A stretch of 64,000 nt of DNA, from the NCBI GenBank assembly GCA_964016885.1, contig OZ024745.1, positions 62,001 to 126,000 on the forward strand, in the 5' to 3' direction. Below the pieces are notes generated by a model. The model was not told the origin of the DNA and searched no databases. It saw nothing but the letters and a program-made list of their open reading frames with translations. The position numbers and the translations under genes are program-made. The stretch is from Eledone cirrhosa. Lineage: Eukaryota. This document shows positions 53,255 to 64,000 of the stretch, piece by piece (the stretch's first letter is position 1; each line of letters begins with the position of its first letter).

Positions 53255-53550
53255 AATGGCTTAGGTTGTGAGTTCCATTACTGAATCAGGTGGTGTGTTG
53301 TGGCCTTGAGCAAGATAATTCATTTCATGTTGCACCAGTTTACTCAGCTGTAGAAATGAATTGCAACATCACTGGTACCAAGCTGTATCAGGCATTGCCT
53401 TTCTCTTGGACAACATCTGTGGCATGGAGAGGGGTGACTGGTATGCATGGGTAACTGCTGGTCTTCCATTAACCTTGCCTGGACTTGTCTCAGAGGGGAA
53501 CTTTCTGGGTGCAAATCCCAGGGTTATTTGTGACTGAAGAGGGTCTTTTA
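53255..53550 (+). mobile_element. SINE family D (same head and CORE-like block, third type of 3' half)
   Basis: ggttgtgagttc, ccttgagcaaga, ccagtttactcagctgtagaaatga, then catcactggtaccaagctgtatc... Confidence 0.75.
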
Positions 53551-54611
53551 CTTTTATAGCAGATATATCTAAATACTACAATATATTTTGTGACACCCAT
53601 GTAAAAGGTAATATTGAATTGTTTGTTTAGTATTGATGGTTGTAACGATGAGTACTCAATACCATAGATAAGATTAATTTTTATTGAGGTCAATTAGACT
53701 CCATGCAAAATGGTTGGCTAACATCCATGAGCTTGGCTGGTCTCACTTGGGGATTCAGTCAGATCAGTTGGAGATGGTTGCTTCTGACAGTACCTGCTGG
53801 AAGGAGTGTTTGAGGACTCTGCCTGCCCTCATATCCCTCTCAGGAATAAGGGGACAAAGAAGAAAGGTCTAATGACCCTATGAACACAAAACTTCACAGT
53901 AATAAGACTGATTTGACAGTAAAAATGATTGAATTATTTATAGATTTATTTTTACAATTTATTGGAGAGAAAATGACATGGCTCATCACTGTACCTAACC
54001 CCCTCCACTATCACCCCTTCCTAGCTATCCTCCCCATCAGCTAAAATCCTGACCCACTAGTGAGTACTCCTCCCCACACACTATCAAAAGTCACTCCCTT
54101 CTCCTCTATATCAAATCCCACCACACCTATCATACATCCATAACATCTTTCTCTCCCCTCCTCCACCACTGTAAGGCAGGGGTTCCACAGTTGAGACAAT
54201 GAACAGCAACCTATATTACTGGTGTCATAAAAATATACCTAGTAACCTTGTAATGTGGTTGGTAATATGAAGGGCATCCTGCTGTATACTCCATGCAAGA
54301 AAGGGTCAAGAGGACCCTTCAGTTGTGTCTACAGCATGGTAAGTACACCCAGTACATGCTATAAAGAGGTTGGTGATAGGAAGGGCATCTAACCATTAAA
54401 AAAAGGGTCAGGACCCTTCAACTATGTCAAAGGCATAACAACTCCCTTACTACTTGTGTCAATAAAATGCACTCGGTAGAACACAGGAATATGTGTAAGC
54501 AAGATGCAGGTCCTTGGCTCATCTGAGAGGACAGCAGCACTGCTTAAGTACTCGCTTGGTTTGAAAAAATCCATTCAACCCCAGCTAGCAGGGAAAATGG
54601 AGATTAAGTGA

Positions 54612-54793
54612 TAATTGTTTCTATTTTAGGCACAAGGCCAGCAATTACCCAGTGCATTTCTGGTACTTTATTTTATTGACCCCATAAGGATGAAAGGCAA
54701 AGTTAACCTCGGCGGGATTTGAACTCAGACCGTAAAGGGACGTAACTATGCTGGAAAGCATGGCGTCCGACTCTCTACTGATACTGCCAATCC
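54612..54793 (-). mobile_element. SINE family B, near full length
   Basis: Reverse complement of the 51963 copy. Confidence 0.88.
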
Positions 54794-55632
54794 AGATGAA
54801 AATGAAGTTTAAAAAAATAAAACCATGAAATTTGATATGGTGTATTACAATTATTCACTATCAGATATGCAAGAACAACTGATAAAGTCCTTTTCCTGTT
54901 ACCTTGAAATAAGTTAATCTAATTGACTAACCTACATACGAAATAACTACAAACAAAACCATTTTAACAGTATTCATATGATAAATATAATCAGTCGTAT
55001 CTTAAACATGACAGTTATAAAAAATACACACGACATCCATACTTAGCAAATTGGGAGATAGAATATATTGTAAAATATCTACCAACTATAAACCAAATTT
55101 TTGAGTACATAGAGGCTATGAAAAGATTCAACAACAGAACCTCGTAGAAGTTTTACAGCTTTCCTTGCTTACCATTTTTTCTTTAGTTTTTTTAAATATT
55201 TATTTTGCCTCCTGTTGGTCTTCCCTATTTTACTTTATTTAAATTTTAATTTTTATATTCACTTATCTCTATATATCTTTTTTTTTTTAATTTTGTTTCT
55301 CAACTGTAAAAAAGTACTAGATACTTCTCCTAGCCTGCCATGGCTTACTAGCTCTATACAGACGTTTATATTGATTAAATAAATAAAGAAAGAAATATAA
55401 GCTAGATATATTAAAACTCTACAGCTGGTATATACAGTACATTTCACCAACCTATAGACTGTTCGGCTTCAAGGTGAATTTCTTTCAAATGGTTATTCCT
55501 GTTTGTTTTACACACACACTAACATTTCAGCTCACAGACTTTCAAAACAACAGCTGTTCTAATGAACACTCTTCTCAGCTGTTATTACTGAATATAGTTT
55601 AATCTATAACCATAGTAATTACAATGACTTAA

Positions 55633-55789
55633 CCCTTTTGATACCAAACCACCTCAAACCTCTGTCAATTTACAATACAATAGGTGAAAAAAATGTTTTT
55701 TATTGAATTCTTCCAAATTTTTGGTTATTTTCAAAATTAATTGGAACTCATAATCAGTGTATTTCATTCTAAATATGGCAGTGAAAGGG
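55633..55789. mobile_element. piggyBac-type MITE
   Basis: TTAA|cccttt ... aaaggg|TTAA. Confidence 0.7.
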
Positions 55790-56533
55790 TTAAAGTAGTG
55801 AAACTGTTAAAGCAGTGAAACTGTTGAAACTAAAGACATGAATAGACTCATGCAAAGATGGTGTAAAATATTAATACCATATCAAACTGTTCATTAAGTA
55901 CTTTAGTAATTAGTGCTAATTACATATGATTTATGTCTGAGCTACAGGGGAAACTAAGAGTAGGTAGAGAATAACATTAAAAGAAACTCGTAGAGTAGAA
56001 ATTCTTCTGAGAAGAAGGGACATCCACAATGAAGGGATGAAAATTAGAGAAGTCCCATAATTAACAACCTTAAGAACAAGTGAAGAAAGTTTGGTAGAAA
56101 CACTATTATGGGGGTCTTAAAAGAATAGAATTAAAAAACGCAATGTTCCAGTGATAAGAAAGAGGCTAAAATAGGACCAAACTATAGTAGAAAATAGTTT
56201 GTAAATTTATTGAGTAAGAACAGCAGAAATGTGGCAACAGAAAAATACTGGCAACCATGATAAAGTGAAACATTGATAGCAGCCAATTTAACAATAGATC
56301 TTATACAATCATTCAAAATAAGATCATATTTAAGTTACCTTTCAAAAGTTTTATAGTCATGAAAAGGGGGATATTATATATCATTCATGTCGCGTAATTA
56401 CAATTTACTTATAACTGAAAATTAAAAACTGTTCTTCATTCAAGTACTTATGTCATCCACATATTTAAAAATTAAAATCACATTTAAATATATTAACACA
56501 CCACAAAAATAAATTTCATAAGACTTCATTTAA

Positions 56534-56743
56534 CCCTTTAGCATTTAAACCGGCCGTATCCGGCCAGAATTCTCTCACCTCTGTCTGTTCAAACCGGCCA
56601 TAACTGGCCACTCATACTGACATTAAGGTATTATTTTCAAAATAAATAACATCACAATCTCATACATTCAATATTTATGTAAGATAAAGCCTTTACCACA
56701 AAAATACAATAGCAAATATAGAGTTAATGTAAATGCTAGAGGG
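56534..56743. mobile_element. piggyBac-type MITE, second family
   Basis: TTAA|ccctttagcattta ... taaatgctagaggg|TTAA, 14-bp inverted ends with one mismatch. Confidence 0.82.
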
Positions 56744-56864
56744 TTAAATAATCAGAATTTGTTGTATTGTTATTAGCAAACATGTTTGAAAAGGATATTT
56801 AATAAGAAAACATGTTTACATGTGTACACATACAAAGATAATATATAAATGGTTTAATAGTTAC

Positions 56865-56903
56865 CCGAAAGAAAAATTCTTCATTCCATTTTGGATTCAA
56901 TGT
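56865..56903 (-). CDS. NEDD4: NEDD4-family E3 ligase exon, C2 domain (TLNPKWNEEFFFR), 39 nt, phase 0-0
   Basis: Minus strand ttttcttatttttgtag|ACATTGAATCCAAAATGGAATGAAGAATTTTTCTTTCGG|gtaac; nearly identical to the NEDD4/NEDD4L C2 peptide TLNPKWNEEF.FR. Confidence 0.95.
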
Positions 56904-58423
56904 CTACAAAAATAAGAAAATAATGATCTTAAGTAAAATGGAGATTTAAAAATAAAAAATAACAAAGAGAGAGAGAGGGGGGGGGGGGTTAAAAATCCAA
57001 TCTCGACACCTAGTGGTTTGGCCTTGTATTCAGCAAGCCTTTTCCAGGGTAGTTTGTGGTCTCTCGGTCTCAGCAGACTGTGTGTATGAGAGCTCCCGGT
57101 CTCAGCAGATTGTGTGTATGAGAGAGAGAGTGTGTGTGTGTGTGTGAGAATGCATAGACACAACAAATATGTCAAGATAATTTAAATGATAAGGACATGT
57201 CCTTTAGCAACCAACTAGCCAGTCCTGTCTCTCTAATGCTACTTGTTAAGTAGCTAAACAATCAGAGAAAGACCAGCTGACTTGATAGTAAAGAACTTTG
57301 AATACCTCACTCTTTCACTGTATAATGTGTGAGTACACACTATATTTCATATCTATGTATACATGTATTTTGTATATATGTATACATGTATTTTGAGTTT
57401 TGTCTGTTTAAAAAAAAAGATTTAAAAAACTTTTCATCAATCTTTTATATAAGCACCTTTGTTCAATTATGTTCCAAAAGTCAGATGAAATCCCTTTAAA
57501 ACTTTCAAAATTATTTGAAAATCCTAGGCAGTGTCTTTCATTAGAAATATATTAACAAAATGGTGAAAGAAATGTTCAGTAAGATATATATACTTATCTA
57601 AACATACAAACACACACACATATATATATATATAATAATGAAGAAATCTGTGAATCTTACATCATTTTATTGATTACCCTATTGTTATATATATTTCAGT
57701 GGTATCTGTTATGTAATAGATATGACATCACCAGACAGCTACTATGTATTCTTTTGTTCAATGTATGATATGTCCTAGATGGGATTTGATGTTACACACA
57801 CACACCCATAAAAGATATCTGTGGGAAGGAAATATATATTTTCCTTGTTCAAAGAGTTAATTAATCCAGGTGGGAGTTATTTGCACCATAGGAAATAATC
57901 CTAGTGTAAGCCACACACAGCACACAACGTAGTAAATAATAATTCACAGTGGTATGAATCATTTTATATTAAGTTATCCGCAAAGTATAAAAATACAGGA
58001 ATTGAGACAAAGGTATATATTTACAGTTTTTACTAAGTGATGTATATTTCTATATATATATATCTACCTGTACATATGTGTATGAAGACAGATCAAAACT
58101 GTAGCATCACAAGATATGTTGCCAAAATAAAGACCTATATCTTGTTCAACTTAATAGTGCTACACATGACGTTTATATCTATTCTGATTACATATCTATT
58201 GATCTATTGTATATATATTTACAACTAATAGTCTTACAGCAACCCCACTACCGAAAACGAACATTGGCTTATATGTCCTTTCTAAAAAAAAAATATACAT
58301 AGTGGTAAAAACCCAAGAGATTGTATCCATAGTAACTAGAGCACTCAGTCCAGAAGATGAGTTCAGTATAGTTAGTTCCACAACAAATAAGCAAAAAAAG
58401 TATGGTTTGCTAATTTGTTGTGG

Positions 58424-60196
58424 ATCTCTCATATATATATAAAATAAGCAAATATATCTTAGATAGAATCATCCCCCAAATTAAGGCTAAGGTTAACATT
58501 AAACTCTGGGGGAAGACCCAAGAAGCAATAAGATGGTTTAATAGCATTAGCAATAAGAATAAATCTAAGTTTATCCAGTTTGATATCGACGAATATTACT
58601 CATCGATATCACCTGAAACTCTGAATAGAGTCATTAAGTTTGCTAAGGATAACTCTGACCTTACAAACGATGAAATTAAGATTATATTAGAAGCTAGGAA
58701 AACTATAGTCAAATTTGAGAACAGTTATTGGGTACGTAAAGATAGACCCTCTAACTTTGACATAACAATGGGCTCTAACGATTCGGCGGAAATAACTGAT
58801 ATTGTGGGGTTATTTATCGCCTTTAGACTCCAGGAAAATTCAGTAATCTCCACGGTGGAATATACCGCGACAATGTTCTCCTCCTAGTTAAAAACCTAAA
58901 TAACCAAAAACTAGAAAAACTACGCAAAGATATAAGAAAACTACTACTCGAAATAGGACTAACTATAACATATGAATACAACCTTAAAGTAGTTAACTTC
59001 CTGGATGTCACACTCAATTTAAACTCTGGTCTGATTAAACCGTTTCATAAATTGAATGAAAATCTCAAGTACGTAAATGTTGGGTCTAACCACCCCATCT
59101 CTATAATTAAATCTATCCCTAAAAATATTTCCCTTAGAATCTCGGGTCTATCTTCTAACATACAAGTATTTAAGGAACATGCCGAGTACTACGATAACGC
59201 CCTTAGTAAAGCAGGCTACCTCAACAAAATAGAGTATATAGATGAGAACAATCAAAACACCCAAAATAAATCCCACATAGGTAGATATAATAACACAACA
59301 CCAAACCACACTTACTACCATAGTATACACACCAGTAAACCAACAAACAAAACTAATAGAAAGCGATGCAAAGAGTACTTATGGTATAACCCTGAATACA
59401 ATAGTTCCATTAGTACAAATTTACCAGTACTCTTCTTTAAAATAGTTAAGAGACATTTTCCTACATCACACAAATACCACAAAATCCTAAACCTTACCAC
59501 TATAAGACTGTCATACTCTACAGCGTTAAACCTTGAACAACACATAAAAAAGATCAATACTAGAAGGTTAAACGAAAACACTAAAAACTTAAGTACAAAG
59601 AACACAAAAAAAAAACAGTAGACAATACACTACAGAACATAAATAAACCACACCTAAGTTCGTCCGCAATACTACTCCAGAGTAAACCCAACGTACACAA
59701 CTGTAACTGCACCTATCCTGACAACTGCCCCCTCGGCAATAACTGCCTGGAAAAAAATATCATTTATAAGTGTACCATTAAATCCGGAGGCAACGAATGG
59801 TATTACGTGGGATCAACGGCAACATCGTTTAAATCTCGATTATATAGGCATTCTTACTCAATAAAACACCAGAGCCAAAGAAATGTAACAACTTTAGCAG
59901 AAAAAGCTTGGACACTCAGGGATAGCGACCAAAAGTTTACCCTAAAATGGGAGAAATTAGCTAAAACCCAAAGCTTTTCCAGGAGCCAAAATTTCTGCAA
60001 ATTGTGTAATCTTGAGATTTATTACATAATTGTTTCTACTTTAGGCACAAGGCCAGCAATTACCCAGTGCATTACTGGTACTTTATTTTATCGACCCCGT
60101 AAGAAGAAATTGCTTAATAACAGAATTGAACGAACATTATTCTGCTGTCACCGAACTAAAACCCTTTTTTCCCACTACAAGCTGAATATTACATAA
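58424..60196 (+). mobile_element. Decayed, 5'-truncated Penelope-like retroelement (RT plus GIY-YIG endonuclease)
   Basis: FIQFDIDEYYSSI, FDITMGSNDSAE, GIYRDN, VNFLDVTLNL, SNHP, WYNP, CNC-x5-C-x5-C, IIYKC..YVGST, CKLC; frameshifts near 58840 and 59610. Confidence 0.9.
60026..60102 (-). mobile_element. 3' fragment of a family B SINE nested in the Penelope endonuclease region
   Basis: ataattgtttctactttaggcacaaggccagcaattacccagtgcattactggtactttattttatcgacccc. Confidence 0.88.
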
Positions 60197-61202
60197 AAGA
60201 GGGACATCCCCCCAACTATATAAACCTCAATCTAGTTAGAAAAATATAAAAACAATCTCTTCTCAACATATATATGTATATTAATAACCTTAAATTACCA
60301 CACTAATAATGGATAGATATGCTGATGAGAATAGGTGCGAATATGCTATAATGAATGTGTCTAAAAGCAATCATATGTATGTATATATATGTGAAAATCT
60401 ATATAAATAAGTAAATATATATATATGTTTGATGTGTATAGTTAGATGTATGTGTATTCATGTATTAAAGTGTTTATATATATATATATATATATACATA
60501 GACAGGAGTATGTATGTATATATGTGTGTGTCTATACGTGTGTATATAAAGATAAGTTGAGTATGAAAATGTATACACATGAATGCGTATGTATGTACAT
60601 ATATATATGTATATATATATATGTGCATGTATATATGTATGAGCATGTAAGTATGTGTATGTGAGTATATGTATTTTGTAGAGGTGTGCATATATGTTTG
60701 TGTGTGAATGCGTGGGCGAAAGGATACGTACACTTGAAAGAAAAATTTAAGTCTGAATGTTAATTAAGTGCAAACACAAAACCAACTATGCATATCTATA
60801 CTATCTCTAATCCTTCTATAAAAAATAACCACCGCCAAACAATATATTCTATAAAAATGTCAAAACAACAGATGGGAATCTAATTACTCACTGCCACCAA
60901 AAATTCTCACTGCTATCAAAAAACCACTCCCTTAACTATTCTTCTAACAACTCCCTCCTAATATTCTCTATAAAAACCAAACAGGTTCTCAATAAAATTA
61001 TTCTGATGAAATGACAGTTGATAATAACATTGAAATATTGAATGTCTGCATAACTAATACTTTGTAGATAGCAGCTGTTTTCAGGTTATGTAACTTATTG
61101 AAACACATGTCAATAAATTCCTTTTAACTGAACTGTATCCATTTAAATCCTTCTATATATATATATATATATACACATACACACACAACATATATATATA
61201 AT

Positions 61203-61520
61203 AGAGACACATGGCTAAGTGGTTAGAGCATTGGCCTTGCAATCGAAAGGTTGTGAGTTCAATTCTCAGACCGGGTGATGTCTTGAGTAAGACACTTTAT
61301 TTCACATTGCTCCAGTTTACTCAGCTGTAGAAATGAGATGATAGGGGTCCATATCATTCCACTGTAAAGTGGTCATGGAGGTGCCACGGCAAAAAACCAC
61401 CCAGCACTCACTGTATATGAGGTTGGTGTTGGAAGGGCATCCAGCTGTAGAAATCAAGCCAGAATCAGTTCCTGTCCCACCCTTGCAAGCAGGGAAAAGC
61501 CGACGTAAAATGAAATGAAA
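61203..61520 (+). mobile_element. SINE family A, short-tail variant
   Basis: Highly similar to the 21807 copy. Confidence 0.9.
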
Positions 61521-61546
61521 AAAAATATATATATATATATATCTTA

Positions 61547-62550
61547 CTAGCTGCAGTACCTAGCGTTGCCTGGGTAGGTAAAATAATATCTGCTTTGATG
61601 AAAAGGTATTGATCTTAGCGACTGCTTCTTGATGACACATCTATGGCCATACACAGGCCATGTGGGGGAGGGTGGTGATGACCTCTATCACTGAGAAATA
61701 CGGGTGACTGATGAAGGGGCATGCTGGGGGAGGGAGGTAATGACCTCTAACACTAAGCTAAATTTCCTCACGCTACTTGATTGGAAACCAATGAATTCTC
61801 AAATACACAACTAAAAGCTCAGACGACGTCAGTGGCAATCGTTTTGCCTTTGACCATCTATAAGATGTGCAATGATAGGTTCTATCGTAGTATAAAAGTG
61901 AAACCAAATAAATTGATTTATGTGTGAGGTGGAGCCGAAGTTTCGAATTTGAACGAAATCGGTTGAAAAATGTGGGAGCTAGAACCGAAAGGTGGAAATT
62001 TGAGCGAAAAGGTGGTATTTTTGAATATTTAAGCGGCTGTTACGCCGTTCCTGAACAAAAAGTCCAAAATGTAAAGCCACTTTAAGACGTGAAATAATCA
62101 GATCTAGCGTAGTGTAAAATTTGAACAAAGTAGGTTGATTAATGTGGGAGCTAGAGCCGAAAAAGTGGAAATTTGAGTGTAAAAGTGGTATTTTTGAATA
62201 TTTAATTAAGTGGCTGCCACACCGTCCCTGAACAACAAATACAAAATATAAAGCCATTTCAGGATGTGCAATGATAAATTCTATTTTGCTTTAAAATTTG
62301 AACGAAATCGGTGGCAAAATGTGGGAGCTAGAGCCTAAAATCTTATTTTTTGATACCTAAAAAAAGGTGATCCCCCCCCCCCCCCCTCTTATCGATTTTT
62401 ATCTGCAGAATGACCCCGGAATAAAAAAAACGATACGCTGATATATAGAAAACACTCCCCGATGACTAATCTATGAGCCTGTAAAGTTTCATGAAAATCG
62501 GTCGTAAGATGTAGGCCATTAAGACATACTTAATTTTATATATATACAGA
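61547..62550 (-). mobile_element. Non-autonomous Helitron, about 1 kb
   Basis: Minus strand A|TCTGTATATATATAAAA 5' end; 3' hairpin tacccag-gcaacg-ctaggta then CTAG|T; inserted between A and T without duplication; internal repeats at 61860-62340. Confidence 0.75.
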
Positions 62551-62928
62551 TATATATATAAATGAAGTATTTCCGTAGGAAAGGTAAAAGAAAAGAGAGT
62601 GCTCTATGTAGGCTACAGAGCTTTTTAGTTATGTAATAACTAAATATATATATATAAATATATATATAAATATATATATATAAATGACATAATAAACAAC
62701 AATATAATTCATTACTGAAGGTTTCTTGCAACATCCAGCTCGTTCATCAGACAAAACTATGTTTGGGACATAAATGTTGAAAGTGATATCAAAATGAAAG
62801 TGAGGCTGAGTTAAAAGGAAGGAACATCTTATAAGAGAAAAAGTATATATACATACAAATATACACACAAACCTACATGCACACATCTATATGTACATCT
62901 ATATACACACATTGATATATATGTTTAT

Positions 62929-62968
<40 letters not shown>

Positions 62969-63559
62969 GTACATATTTTATATATATACATACATATATA
63001 TTCTTATACATATATATATACACGCACACAGACATATGCATATACATACACAAACACATATATACACACGCACACACAGATATATATATATACGCATTTA
63101 TATAACCTAACCATTAGACCATGTAGCTTCAGTCATATAATCTATGCAAGTCCTATCACTGAGATCATTTAAATATCTATTTACTAGTCTTGATTGACAA
63201 CATTTATTGTGAGAAGTCATTATAAGTATAACCCTGGTCTTTATATTTCAGAAATACTCAATTTATAATAAACATGAAAATATCAAAATCTCAGTGCTTA
63301 ACCTGATAACAATAACCAATACTGTTGTGTATTAGGAGATATGATATAATCTAGAGGACTTCTTTTGAGATGTTCACTTTATGACTGCATAAAGTTATAA
63401 ATATATTCTGTGATAGAAAGAAATCTGAGAAATTTGGGAAACAGTCACCAACAAACAGGTCTGCTTAACAGGTTATTATATGTCAAGTGAAGGAGTAAGT
63501 TAATAATCTAAAGCTTGTATGGCATTGTATTATGTTAAACATTTCGTTAAAACCTAATA

Positions 63560-63790
63560 AAAGTTCAACAATAACTCTATCTTTAAATAAAAAAAACCTT
63601 AACACCAGTTAGTAACTAACATATCTTTATCTTTAAATAAAAACCCTTAACATGAGTTAGTAACTAACTTTTACCCAAACATCTTTATTATAAAATACAA
63701 TATAACTTAATATCAGTTACTAACTAACTTTTACCCTAACATATCTTTATTAAATATAACTTAACACCAGTTAATATTATTCTAACATAA
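63560..63790. repeat. Degenerate 50-65-bp tandem repeat
   Basis: Recurring cttaacaccagttagtaactaac and atctttat. Confidence 0.7.
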
Positions 63791-64000
63791 TTATCATCAA
63801 CATGAAGTGTGCCTGTTAAATTTGATTTTCATGTCAAAGATTCTTCAGTTAAAAACTTAAGTAGGCATTGTAATAATAAATTTATTGAGAAAAGAAATTA
63901 TAAAAGCAACAATCATAAATACTGTTTTGTCCTTTTTTCACACTAACATAAATTGGTGTTTTATGGTTGATTGCTCTTTCTAATGCTAACCAAACTGGAA

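Noticed and set aside
56897-57175. 92-aa minus-strand ORF as the next upstream NEDD4 exon
   Set aside because: No similarity to the expected DPYV...TKTIKK C2 segment; includes microsatellite; I found no such exon before 64000

Overview
AT-rich animal genomic DNA, most likely an octopus or other coleoid cephalopod, judged from the tRNA-derived SINE families, the RTE LINE with a (GAT)n tail and the dense (TA)n and minisatellite content. The whole window lies inside one minus-strand gene, a NEDD4/NEDD4L-type HECT E3 ubiquitin ligase. I could read 8 exons with GT-AG boundaries and consistent phases: four C2-domain exons, WW1, a second WW exon right after it, the R-x-R-R-H-I-S linker exon and a 36-nt exon. 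The 5' exons and the HECT exons lie outside the window. Almost all long ORFs in the track are artefacts of tandem repeats. The introns hold five RTE fragments carrying a PHD-type finger, a decayed Penelope-like element, a Helitron, MITEs, several SINE families and many minisatellites. The best leads are: an extra frame-preserving WW cassette exon missed by the ORF track; candidate PPxY and micro-exons; a 69-bp fold-back with a single A:C mismatch; a 6.9-kb satellite born inside a LINE 3' UTR; a SINE-LINE chimera; and a LINE duplicated by unequal crossover in a satellite. All calls are by eye; no searches were run.
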